A DNA stretch of 64,000 bases from Rhynchopus sp. YZ270_cl-10 (lineage: Eukaryota): the NCBI GenBank assembly GCA_964035575.1, contig OZ037847.1, positions 1,054,001-1,118,000 on the forward strand. The letters run 5' to 3'. The position numbers and the translations under genes are program-made. Shown piece after piece: positions 24,695-37,200 of the stretch; the first letter of the stretch is position 1, and the number at the start of each line of letters is the position of its first letter. Under the pieces are notes generated by a model. The model saw nothing but the letters and a program-made list of their open reading frames with translations, was not told where the DNA came from and made no database searches.

Positions 24695-26269
24695 ATGTCA
24701 CGCAAAAGCATTGAGCCCATTGTGTGGGAGTCAAGCAGTGACGATGACACACCTACGGGAATGCCACTCAGGAAACCCGGCTTAGACGCGGCGTCAACAG
24801 CCACCACTTCCAGCGAAGTGCACACACCTACAACCCTACAGCCACCTATTGTATTGGAAGGCTCGGAGCGAGCCACGATTTGCAGTACTACATCACATAC
24901 ACCACGCTTCACCGCACAACCCTGTTACGAACGTGTCCAAGGTGATGCTCTCGTCGGTGGCCCCGAAGGAGGTCTGCCCCCCGACCAAATCAACGCAGTC
25001 CTGCAGAACACAAGCTTCCTCCGCAGCCTCTCTGTACCACTGCTTGAACACAAAAGCATCGAGGCAGCCCTTCTTGCAGAGGTGCGCTGCATCTTCTCTC
25101 GCGACAACGGCAACCTCTTCCCTAAGGCAAGCTGGCGGGCACAGCGCTATGGGGGCGAGCAGTTCGGGGTTTTTGTTGCAAAGCTTGGGGATGGACGGGC
25201 CGTTTCTTTGGGCGATGTTGTGCACACAACCACCCTAGAAGTCAACGCAAAGGGCACCGGCAGGACACAGTTCAGCAGAACCGGCTTGGATGGACGACTC
25301 ACCCTCACTGCGGCTTGCCAAGAGTACTACATCTCCTCCCTCCTCCAACAACTAGGCGCACCTCTCTGCCAGGTCCTCGCCGTATACGAAACAGGCGTGA
25401 CCATCTTCCGCGAATGCACCGGGCACGTCCCTGCAGCACTGCTCCTCCGCACTGCCCCCTCCTTCCTCCGCATCGGCACCCTCGAACGCATGCTTCACGA
25501 CAAACACTTCTCACAGATCCGCTCCCTCATTGCACACTACGAAGACTCTTCTCTACCAGACTACCAAGGGTTTGCACTACGCCTGGCACAGCGGTTAGGA
25601 AAGATGATGGGATGGTGCGATGCATACGGCTTCTACCATGGTACACTCAACTCAGATAACCTCAGTTTGGACGGAGTCTTGATTGATGTAGGGAGCGGGG
25701 TATTCATGAAAACCCTTGATTCTGCATACTGCAACCCAAAGACAATACCAAAGCATTACTTCACCAAGACGGCACCATCGCCGTCGGATGCATTCTCTTT
25801 TGGGACGCAAGCAATGCTTGTTGCATCAACGCTTCAACGCCTTACTGCGGGGCTCTCATTTCTTTGGAAAGAAGAGAAGGTTGCGGTCAGCTCTTCGTAT
25901 GCGCTGGCATTCAATCAAGCGTTGTGCTTTTATACAATGATCCGTTGGGGTATGGAGCCCGAGGAAGGGGGTGCGGTGGACAGTGATGTGACACAGTGTG
26001 TCGGGCTCTTCAGGGAAACGCTTGAAACAACGCAGAGTAATTGGGTGAAGGTGCACCACTTCATGCGAACGGAGAAAGGCCGCAGGGTGCTCGCTGCGGA
26101 CCCTGCCTGGGAGCATTGTGTTTCGCGGGTTGCAACGCTGTCTGTACGGTACCCACAAAGAGAGTATCAATGTGCAGAGTGTACACCCTTCCTAGACGAT
26201 GTCAGCTCGCTCTGTGCAGAACGTCGATTCGATGAAATACAGAACGAAACGTACAAAGCACAGCTCTAA
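24695..26269 (+). CDS. selO: SelO/YdiU-family protein adenylyltransferase (AMPylase), divergent
   Basis: AQRYGGEQFG...LGDGRA, AKGTGRTQFSR..DGR, RTAPSFLRIG and GFYHGTLNSDNLSLDGVLID match SelO family motifs in order. Confidence 0.9.
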   Translation: MSRKSIEPIVWESSSDDDTPTGMPLRKPGLDAASTATTSSEVHTPTTLQPPIVLEGSERATICSTTSHTPRFTAQPCYERVQGDALVGGPEGGLPPDQINAVLQNTSFLRSLSVPLLEHKSIEAALLAEVRCIFSRDNGNLFPKASWRAQRYGGEQFGVFVAKLGDGRAVSLGDVVHTTTLEVNAKGTGRTQFSRTGLDGRLTLTAACQEYYISSLLQQLGAPLCQVLAVYETGVTIFRECTGHVPAALLLRTAPSFLRIGTLERMLHDKHFSQIRSLIAHYEDSSLPDYQGFALRLAQRLGKMMGWCDAYGFYHGTLNSDNLSLDGVLIDVGSGVFMKTLDSAYCNPKTIPKHYFTKTAPSPSDAFSFGTQAMLVASTLQRLTAGLSFLWKEEKVAVSSSYALAFNQALCFYTMIRWGMEPEEGGAVDSDVTQCVGLFRETLETTQSNWVKVHHFMRTEKGRRVLAADPAWEHCVSRVATLSVRYPQREYQCAECTPFLDDVSSLCAERRFDEIQNETYKAQL

Positions 26270-26839
26270 TAAAGAATCGGGGTTTTTTTGCTGGATGCGA
26301 TGGAGTTTCTATGCTACCTTGCAAAGCGTTGTTCTGGAAGTGCTTATTTAGAGTTCTCCTTTTGTTCAACCATTTCCCGTTTTTTTGAGAGCCTTACCGT
26401 GCCATACAACAGATTCTGTCTTTTTTTTTTTTTTTGTATTTCCTCCCCATGTTTTGTTCCCCAACCGGACATAATTAACCTGCGTCTCCAATTATCTCAG
26501 TTAATTATCTCAGTTAATCTGACTCACGAGAGGAAGTGGGAGTAGAACATATCAGATGCCAACCTCGAAATGGATTGTAGGACTGCATGGTTGGGGGTTA
26601 TGGTGCTTGTACCAAAGCTACACTATCATGAGGGCTTTTTTTTGTATTCCAAAAATCAAACTTCTTTTGTGCTACTTTTCTCTATCACAAAACCCCTTCG
26701 CTTAGGTACTTCTCAGAACCCTCTTTTTACAGATGTTTGAAGACGACCCTTTGATCTGAGGTGGCTTTGTTTCATTTGCACATAATACACATCCCCATTT
26801 TTCTTCTGCATTTGAATTTGTGCATCATTCGCTCTCCTG

Positions 26840-27916
26840 ATGGGTTCTAGCATATCGTCTACACCAAGCTGTAATGTAGCGTTGCGTGAGGCAGGGGAGT
26901 TTTCCTCTTTATATCACGACTCAGCAAATCATAGTAACACGAAGCACGGTCCTGACCCACCTTCTCCAAAAGACTCTTCTGACGACTTACTGCAGAATGT
27001 ACTTCTTGAAGTTTCTGCAGAGTATTGGCAGCTTCGAGCGGATGAAGCGCGGGCGAATGTACTTCACGAAAAACAAAACCTTGTGAATCTACAGCATGCA
27101 ATGTGCCAAGCTGAGACGAAACATCGAGAAATTGAAGAGAGGGATATTGCACTGAAGGATGGTGCGGCTGTTATTTATGAGAGCATGAAGGAGGTGGATG
27201 CTGCTGTGGATGTTGTGTCGCCGCAATACGATTCGGATGACAACATATGTGATGTGTTCATGGACGACGTCGTGCCACCAGCGGCACCCGCAACACCACC
27301 AGCAGACTTCCTCATGGAAGACATCCCAGCATACCACTATTGCAGCAGCATGGCCGTCTCTGCCGTGCGTCCTAACACCCTGCCCCGTGGAGGGCCCTTC
27401 CCTCTTGATGTGCCAGCCGTCATCGCAGAAGCCTTCCCAGCAAACCCATCCATAGGTCTGACCCAAGGGGACCTCGAGATGGGGCTTGCGCTCGACAGCT
27501 TCAACGTGCTAGAGGTGCTCGGTGGGGTCGTGGTTGTGAGGCGTTTGGCCAATGAGGTGTTGAAGCGGTTGCTCATCTCGGGGTGTGCCTGTCCAGGGGG
27601 AGGGGGTCTCAAGGGTGGGGTGCCAAAGAAGGTCAGTGCGAGGGTGTCAGGGCGATTTGGAGGATGGTTGTGCGCGAGGTTGGGGAGTGATGATGAAAGT
27701 GAACTGCATGTGTTAACGTCGATGGCGCAGCTGGCGATGGTGCATTCGGTGCAAAAGATTACCCCCGAAGCAGCAGATTTGTGGCTGGAGTGTATGCTTG
27801 AAGCAATGCACGTTGCACTCCCGAGCATCAAATCTTCTGCAGCAGTGGCATGTGCTCATGCGGCGTTGCATCAGTTTTTCCACTTTATAACACGGAGTTT
27901 AGTCAATGATTTCTGA
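26840..27916 (+). CDS. Protein with MGSSISS start, coiled coil and C-terminal group II truncated-globin-like domain
   Basis: C-terminus LEVLGG..VVRRLA...GWLCARLG...LAMVH...ITPEAADLWLECMLEAM...FF.....LVN follows the trHbO pattern. Confidence 0.7.
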   Translation: MGSSISSTPSCNVALREAGEFSSLYHDSANHSNTKHGPDPPSPKDSSDDLLQNVLLEVSAEYWQLRADEARANVLHEKQNLVNLQHAMCQAETKHREIEERDIALKDGAAVIYESMKEVDAAVDVVSPQYDSDDNICDVFMDDVVPPAAPATPPADFLMEDIPAYHYCSSMAVSAVRPNTLPRGGPFPLDVPAVIAEAFPANPSIGLTQGDLEMGLALDSFNVLEVLGGVVVVRRLANEVLKRLLISGCACPGGGGLKGGVPKKVSARVSGRFGGWLCARLGSDDESELHVLTSMAQLAMVHSVQKITPEAADLWLECMLEAMHVALPSIKSSAAVACAHAALHQFFHFITRSLVNDF

Positions 27917-28269
27917 ACTAACGGTGTTTTTTCCCCCCTTTCTGTGCCTGATTTACACTTTGCACAGCAAAAGGGCTATTTGTTTCTCTAACAATAACGC
28001 TTTTCAAAGATCCACTCTCCCCACCCACCCACGCTTTTTCTTTTGTTACCTCATGAAATGAAGGAAATAGAAACAACGCCTTTGAACACACTTTGCGGTT
28101 CTACGGACGAACCGCGCTGCAGAGCCACTCCTCACCAAACAGGTCGAGGTGTGTGTTTCACCACAACCTCTCCCATGGGTTTTATCGTGTGATGTTAAGT
28201 TTCTATTTCTGACACCCGACAATTCATGATTTATCCTCACAGAAATAAGAACCAAATGTTGGAGCAATA

Positions 28270-31200
28270 ATGTCAGGTGAAGTCACCTTTGGTGAATGGC
28301 GGCGTTTGCTTGAGAGGCGAGACCAGTTGGAGGCGAGGCTGTGCAACAACCGCTTTGAAGAGACAGATGAGGAGGTTTGTGTCGCAGAGGTGGAGGTGCG
28401 CCCTGTTGCATTGCATGTCTTGGAGCGTGAGGCACCGCCACGCATCTGCGGGCAAAAGGTCTGGGCAACAGGGTCGCAACGCCTGCGCACAAAACCATCC
28501 GCAAAACGCGCCCCACGCACACCAGGACGCCCGGCCCTCCACGCACCACGCTGTCCCTGCGCCACCCCCTTTCCCTACCTCAAGCGCCTCCGTTCCCGTG
28601 TAGTGCAGCCCTCCCTCCGAGCTGGATGCAAGCTCCGAGCACACTGCGAACAAAACGAGGTAAACGTTGAATCGCTGCGTCCCAGTGTCCAATCCGTGAA
28701 CGACCCCTTCCATAGAACATGGTATCGCGAGCCAGTGTCACCACGCAAGCTGAGTGCCCGAATGTCCCTTTCGGTCTGTTCCAACACCTTGAAAAAGAAT
28801 GCGCTAACTGTGGGAGAGTTTCTCGAAAGAAAGCCGACCGATATGACAAAGCAAATGCTGTGCATGGCGCACGCAACAAACAACTTTGAGCACTTCAAAG
28901 CAAAGCTCACACTCTCCAGCGTCGTCGCACGCAAGCGGCACCAAAAGCAGGCCCGCCGCAGCACCATCACCGCACTCATCTCCGCAGCACTCATTGTGCT
29001 GGCAGTTCCCTTGGTGAAGAAGGGGATAAACTACCGCTTTGCTTTTAAACTCGCTATCTATTTGGCTGGCTCGCAGATTAAACTGCACACTGTCGAGGCC
29101 AACACGGCGTGCAACCTTCTTGACCTACGCAAACTCATGGAATTTGCTTATTTGAAACGCGGTCTCCTTCATCGCAAATCATGGCACTTCAAGGGCGTGA
29201 AGCCGAGCGTTGCTGTTGTTAAGACTGAAGAGGAGTATATCACTTACTCTGAGGTGGTGGACCGGGAGGCTGCCTTCATCGATACTGCAAAGGAGAGGTT
29301 ACGGGTGTATGGTGACACCTCATTGCGGACAGGGTTACAACACATCATGTTGCGGGAGAAGCAGCAGCAGCAGCGTCTCGTCAAGCTGGAACGTCTCTAC
29401 GATGCCCTCCTCGACCTGCGTATGAGTGGCGAGTCGTGGCGTCTTGCCATCAATGAGTACCCTTCCGTGTCGCAAACGCACTTCCCCCTTGCACAGTACA
29501 TCCGTCCTCTCACGCCCGTCTCCCTCACCCCCAAGGAGGATAAGCGAATGTTTAACCTCCTCAGTGTAGCGAAGGTTCTAGCCCCGGTCGCCTCTCACCT
29601 CAAAAATCAGAAGCTCGTCACCACAGTCGCGAACGTCAAAAAGAAGTCTGTCATGGACAAACTCAAGCCATCCAAAGCCGCCCCGTCCCCTTCCCCTTCC
29701 CCGGTCGTGAAGTGGGTCCTCCCAATCCTTTATGTCGTGTTGTCCAATCGAGACAGCTTTGATATGGATAAGCACGAAATGAATTTGATCCGGAAATACC
29801 TAAACCATGGGTGCTGTGCGCTTGAGGTGAGCGGGGTGATCTTGACCTTTGGGGAGTGGCTTGCGCTGAATGATGACCCTTCTTTGTCTTATAAGCTGAG
29901 CTTTCCTGACTCATATCTGCATCGAACCCCTGCACACGAGGCCATTGTACTACGCAACCAGGAGGGGCTGAAGCTGATTGCGCAGTACGGCGGGAACCTC
30001 CTTGGGAAGGACTGTCGTGGGCAGACGCCGCTCCATATTGCAGTGGAGAAGGGAGACATGGAGCTGGTGGAGCTGCTGTTCGCACTACGCAAAGTGCAGA
30101 TCGACACTGCCGAGAAGGAGGCTGCTTACGAAGACTCTAAGGAAGGCGAGGCGGGTAAGGTCCTAACCGCCGACACCGCTGTCGAAGCCCCGAACGGAAA
30201 CAAAGACGCGCCCCCTCCACCACCGGAGCGTGTCCGCAAGCAATCTGTGAAAGAGCGTGCGGAGCAGATCATCGAAGCAGGTCTCCGTGCCAAGGTCCGC
30301 CCAACCTCAGCCAAGCGCACCAAACGGCGTACCGTCATCCGCGACAAAATCATGAACCGCCGTTCCAACGAAAAAACCCGCAAATCGTTCATGGCAAAGC
30401 GCTCCTACAAATCTGCCTGCAGTGAAGGCATCGCAGGGTACCACAGCTTTCGGAAGCAACGCCTTCAGGAGGCTGCCACTGCCCAGGCGAAGGAGGAGGA
30501 GGACAGGAAGGAGCAGGCCTTTGCGGAGACGTCATTTGTTGAGACACCAGCTGCCACCCCAGCAGCGCCTGCTCTGCCTGCAGCAGCTGACCCCACACCT
30601 CCCGTAAAGGAGCCCCAAGCTGCACCGCCACAGAAGGAAGAAGAGGAAGGGCTGTCTTTGATCAAACGCATTCTGTGCCGCCCCGCCACCGCAAAACAAA
30701 AGAAAACTGCGCGGGAAAAGCTCATGGAAGAGGAAGCGGCCGAGGCACGCGACAAAAGCTCGGTGACAAACACAGTGGTCCGCTCCTCCGCAAAGCGCAA
30801 CATGCTGAATTCCGTTCTCGGCAGGATTGTCACGCGTGAGGACGAAAAACGCCCCCCCGTACGCCTCATCAAAGACAACGAACTCTCTGGCAACGTCGAA
30901 GACAACCAAGGACGCACACCCATCTCGCTTGCCCTAGGAAAGGGGCACAAGGAGCTGACGCTGTACCTCCTCAAGCAGGGTGCCTCGCTGGCCAACGAGG
31001 ATGAGTACGGGGTGCCGCTCATCCAGCGGGCACAGCAGATGTTCAGCCCGTTGGAGTACGTCAAAAGCGGGAACATCGAGATGCTGTGCACATGCTACGA
31101 AGTGAACCTCTGGAAGGCACATCGGCGCGACGTCTTCTCAGGCCGCACACTGCTGCATTGGGCTGCCCTCTATGCTTTGCCAGAGGTGTGTCAGAAGCTC

Positions 31201-34200
31201 ATGGATCTCGGTGAAGACCCTGCGACATACAGCCACGGCAATGGACTTACCCCTGTACACGAGGCGATATGGCGTGGCGACCTGCCAACCCTTACATGCC
31301 TGATCCGAGGACGTGAGAACGAGCTGCTCTCGCAACCAACACTTCTCTTTCTAGACGACGGGGAGGACCATGAGACAGCGTTCCCGATCCACCTCTCGCT
31401 GACAACCCGCTTCCCGTCTACTGCAGTGACGCAAAAGATTGTCAGCTGCACGCACGTCCAGATCTATGGAAAAGACGACACAGAGCGGAACATCTTCCAC
31501 TGCGCAAGCTCGACCGGGAGGCCCGCAGAGCTGCAGGACATTCTGTACCGTATGCGGTACATGAAAAATGACAGACAGCTGATCGAGATGGTGAACGCCA
31601 GAGACATCGAGGGGGACACACCTATCAGCGTTGCGGTGAAGGGGAACCACCCTGCCTGTGTCGACGCACTCTTGAAGAGCGGTGCGATTGACACATCCGT
31701 TCTCAACTCGAGGGAGCGTCACATCTTGTTGGTGGCGGCCGATGTGCGTAGTGCCTTTTTGTGTGGCACGTTGTATCCACCGAACTGCCCAGCACGACAG
31801 TCGATTCCTGCTCTCATCCTGCTTGACTACTGTACAGAGGAATGCGTGAGAACGCTGTCCGGGTGTGCAGGGAAACGCACCACTGCGTTGCACGTTGCTG
31901 TCGCGTCTGACGACTTCCTCCTGTCGACAGAGCTGCTCACAAAAGGTGCAAGCATTGCACAGCAGGATGATGCTGGGGAGACACCCATGGGCATCGCATG
32001 CCGGCGTGGTAACACAAAGCTCCTGGTGTTGCTCATTGCGAACTCGAGGCATGAGCTGGGCAGCTCCGACCTTCTGGGTGAGGTGCTTGCGAGCAAGGGC
32101 TGGGGCGACCGTGTGATGGAGAGTGTGTTGGAGACGTCGTGCCCGGACCTTTCTACCCATGGGCAGCAGATCTTCCATCGGTCGTGTGTGTCGCTGATGA
32201 TCCGCAGTGTGCAGCTTCTTCTGGAGAAGGGGTGTGGGTTTGACCCTCGGGACAGCCCCTTTGCCTTGCTGCAGGCTGCTGCTCAGAAACGCCAGGTCGC
32301 AGGCATCGAAGGTGTTCTACAAATGTGCTACATGCGTGGCACGCACCTCGTAAGCGACGTCCCCATTCCGGCGCTGTGCTGCAAGCTGCAACTCTGGGAC
32401 ATCTGCGAACGTGCTGTCGCAGACCCTGCGTGCGCTTGGGACTGGTCCCTCCGTTGGGAGGTTGACTCCAATCGCACACCACTGCACTACATCTGCCTCA
32501 ACGGACCTGCCTCTCTTCTAAAATCTGTTCTGGAACGCCAGCACGGGATGACAAACATATGCGACACTGAAGGCATGAACGCACTCTCGTACTCCCTACA
32601 GAGACAAAGTGTACAGCACGCCGCAGAGCTTCTTGTACGCTGCGATGCAGGATGCCTTACAGAACAGATCCTCATACGACGTGGCCTGCGTCCGGAGGCG
32701 GAGCCTTTCGTATACGACCACCGCCTTCCTGAAGACAGACAGATCACAGACGAGGCACTGAACTCTGTGTGCGCAGGGTACGCAGGGCATGCACCCGAGG
32801 TAGCGATACACGCACGTCTCGCATTTCATGTGCAGGCCTCTGAATCCGCTGCAGACGCTTCTTTTGCATCTCCCAAGCTTCCCACAGAGGCACCTCGCAC
32901 AGCTGTCCACGGCGGAAAGTTTGCACTCTTCTCCGTCTCTGAGGTTGCCACAAACAAAAGCATGTCTCATCTTCTTCGCAAAGGCGTCAAACGCGGTGTC
33001 TTTGGTGACAACCTGGTGCACTGGGCCGTCATGCACAATGACAGCGTCCTGACAAAGCTTCTCATCACGGTTGGAGAGGACTATGATGTGGTCAACAGTC
33101 GTGCGCGGAAGAACAGTGCCCTGGGCATTCCTGTTGGTGCGTCTCCCTTATGGGTTGCGGCAGCGATGGTGTGCCGAAGCTGTGCCATCGAGCTTCTTGA
33201 CAACCCGAACTGCGACGTCAACCAAGAATGCGACACAGGCGAAACCCCGCTAGGCGCAGCACTGCGTCTTGGGTGCACATCGATGGCGCACCTTCTCATC
33301 CAGCGTGGTGCCTTTGTTAACTCACCGGCCTGCGTTTCGGTGGTGCATTTCAATCATCTCGAAACACTTCCTTCTGCGGCCACACGCCGCCTCACCAGCC
33401 ATACTGCATGCGACTATATGGCACGCTGCCAGAAGACACGCCTTGTGGAAGTGAGCAACATGCTTCCATTCGTTGCAGGGCTGCGATGCGTGCGGACCCT
33501 CAATATGGCACAGCGGTTGGCAGGGATTTCAGGCGACAACATGATGACGGAGCTCCCTGGCCTGCCGGTCACCATGCGTGTGGATGAGATGTCGTGCGCC
33601 GTATCGCCTCTCTGTGTCATGCTCGGGGGCATGCGCATCCTTCCCTCCGAGCACACCCTCCGCGAAATCCTCACCACCCTCATCACACCAGACAAAGGCG
33701 GCAAAGCCTCTCTCGGCCTTCACAGACTCGACCCCTGGGGCCGCTCCCTCGTTGAGTACACACTGCGCGCAGGTCGCCCCCTCTTCGCTACCCTCCTCCT
33801 CACAACAGGTGCCCCCGGGTGGGTGCAGAACAGCTGCAAAACCGGGGGGCACGCAATTCACCTCTTTGCCTTAGAAGGCAGCGCTTCTGGGGTTTCAAAA
33901 TGCCTGAGTGCAGTGGATGTACCAGAGAAGAACGTTGCAGTGAATGCGCGGGACTCCCTTGGAAGAACACCGTTGATCTGTGCAGTGCGGGCTCCGGTGA
34001 TAAAGAATGCTGCGTTGGTGGCGTCGTTGTTGCTTGGGGAGGGTGCGCGGGTGATTGAGAGAGATAGTGTTGGGAGAACGGTGCTGTCACATGCTTGTTC
34101 ACATCCTGCGTCGTCTGAGTCTCTTGTTGAGCTTGTCTTGCGCAGCGTTACAGACCACTTTGATGTTGACACAAAACGCAACAAAGCGGAAGACGTCGCC

Positions 34201-37200
34201 AACATGTTTGGAGCCTTCCTGAGCGTCACCTCCGACACCACTGCAACAGGTGCCCCCGAACCCGAGGAAAGCCAAGGCGACAAACAGCAGGACTTCGCAG
34301 ACCATGTGAACAGCATTGACACACACAACAACTCCGCCCTGCACTACCTCTGCAAGTCACGCCACATAAAGGCGCTCAAGCTCCTCCTCCAAATAGAAGG
34401 TCTCGACATCGAGCCAGGTCTTCCCCGCATGAAAGAATGGGAGTTGGGCGAGTCCCTCCCGAGGCAACCTGACACCATTGCGACCGTGGGGGGTTACGGT
34501 ACTGTTGCAGTGAAACAGAAGTTGACGCCCTTCTTGGAAGCAGTTTTGGCAGGAAGGGAGAGCGTGGCGCAGGCAATTGTCACGCACAGCTTTCAAAGAA
34601 ATGTTGCGTTGCGTACACAGTACATGAACAGCAAAGGGGAAACGACGCATCACTTTATTGCAAAGAACAACATGCTGTACACATTGAAGGGTCTACTGCA
34701 GCTCGAGAAGATGATGGAGGATATGAAGAACAGTGACGGCACTCTCGATGCTCTCTCTGCAGAGAAGCTGCAAAATGCGGGGAAGAACTACCCACAGCAC
34801 TTTGCCTTTGAGAGGTCTGCCACCTTTGGCGACCCGAATGCAGACGATGCAAGCTTTGGTGGCATCAACCCTTTGGGGTACTCTCTTCTCTTCAACGGTA
34901 TGAACGTTATGAACGGGTCTTGCGTGGGAAGCGTTCTGTGGAAGCGTGAGCACTCGAGACAGCATTCTTGCATCAAAGTTGTTCTCGACAAGCTGCTGCC
35001 ACACAACAACTGGCACCGCATGGGGAACAGCCCTCTCAGTGTCTTTGCATATGGCCAAGACGGTGTCAAGATCCTAAGCCGCGCCATCCCCCAACACGAA
35101 CCCACCGTCGACGATGAGATGTGGATCGCTGCTCTCTCCGGAGACGACGATGCGCTCGCCAAAACACTTGACAAAGGAACAGACGACATGCGGCGTATCA
35201 AAATCTGCAATCTGCCACCCCTCACCGACGTTGCAATGTGTGTCATCAGGGAGGAAGATGCCAGGACACGGGGTTCCATGCAGACGTCTATTCACGAGAA
35301 CAACTCCTCTCGCTGCGGATCCTCTGTGAATGTGGCTCTCATGCGTGGTGGTAGTACACGGTCGAGGCAAGGGAAGGGGAGAGAGGTGAGCCATGCGGAC
35401 TGTTCTCAGAAGCTGAAGCAGGCGCTGATGAAGGCGTTGCGGTGTGTGCGCATCATGAACATTGAGGTGCCGGAGAATGATGCAGAGTGGGACCATACGT
35501 GCACAACCACGCTTAAGTACGTTGCTGAGGCGTCGTCTCTGCTGCGTCAGAAGACAGTGACGATCCTCAGGGGCAACAAGGTCAGGCTGGAGCGTGCGCC
35601 CCTCGAAGGGCCAGACTACCGCAGTGACCTGCAAAGGGGGCGTACCAGCATGCTCCACATCGCAGCACGGCGCAACCTCTACAAGTCGCTCGTCGTGATG
35701 CTCGATTCGCACCGCGACGAAGAAGACAGAGAGCTCTCCTCCGACTTCGTCCAAAGACTCAACTTCCGCGACGCGCACGGCTACACCCCCCTCCACTACT
35801 CCATCTCGCAGTCGCTCCACGAAATAACAAGCCTCCTCCTCCGCAACGGCGCGTCTCTCGAGGTGCGCGATGTGACAGGGGGGCTGACCCCCACACAGGT
35901 CATCCCCTCTGTCAAGTCGTTTCACGGGCTGTCGCAGCTGTTCGGCAAAAAGCGTGTGCCCTTCCAGTTCATAGGGTCCTTCAAGGCAGCTGCAAAGCGT
36001 AAATCGGAGAAACCCTTGCGCCCAGCGTTCGTGCTTCCAGGGGACTGTTGGGACGCAAATGTGTCGACCATTGAACTGAACGAAACGGAGCGTCTCTCCG
36101 AGGAGGATGTGATGAACATGTTGGTGAACGAGGAGGTGAACAAAGGCTTCTCGTCGTCGGTGCTGCAGATCTCAGAGGCAGCGTTGAACGACAGGCTGAA
36201 CAGCCAGGTGGAGGCGCTGCGTGCACAGATCGTGAAGATCGCGAAGGACAGCCTCAACTTCCACCTCGAGAACCGCAGCCATGTGCTCCCCATCACCGAG
36301 TCGCAGGGCACGAAACGCTTCCTCGCCAGCATGAACGGCTTCAACGACAACTACGACCCCATCGACACCGCACGCCAGCTCATTGCACACCTCTCCACAC
36401 TCCCCATCACCATCCTCATCTCCACAGCAGAGGAGCTCTCCCGCCTCGAACGAACTCGCTCCCTCACTGTCGCACTCCACGGCATTGTTGGCGGCCTCGT
36501 GGGGCGGGAGCTCCACGGTGCGCTGTCCTCCTTTACACGGGCGCGTGGTGTGTATGGGCAGAAGTGTCTGCTCGTCATCAAACAGATCAATATGAGCTTC
36601 GTAGGCGGGAAGAAGCATGTCGGCACCACCATCCAGCGGGGCCAATCGTATACCGATGTTATTGTGAACATCTGCATCTTCTGCGGGCCTGAGTCTGTTG
36701 TTGTGGAACCTGTTGAGGATGTGTTTGTGAAGTACTTTGGGATGCGCGAGGCTGCTGCTGCGGCACGTGTCACCAACACTATCTCTGCAGCACAAGCCTC
36801 CAAGGAACTGGGCAACCTGAGCTACATCCCACCCATGACTGTGTACGTCAACACCGAGATTTGGCGACGCTACTTCTCCCTGCATTGTGCGGGAATAGGC
36901 CTGCAGATTAATGCACACGAAACGCAGGAGCTCGTCAGAGGCGAAACCAAAGAAGAAAAGGACGCAGCCATGGCAGCGCTGGACGCTATCTCTGCATGCC
37001 TGACACCGCCGCTCCTCTTCCGCGAAGAGGACTCCATCCAGAAGGATCTTGCAGGGGAGTGGGTCTCCGAGCCCTACGTCGCCCCCATTGAAGGTGTTGG
37101 TGAGTGGCTAGATGCGGAGGAGGAGGACTGCGAGACATCTTCTTCGTCCTCCTCATCCTCTTCTGGGAAGCGGGCCGTTTCAGTGAACGTTGATCACGGA

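Noticed and set aside
26200..26600. Selenocysteine readthrough / SECIS for SelO
   Set aside because: The stop is TAA TAA, there is no in-frame TGA, and no convincing SECIS was seen.
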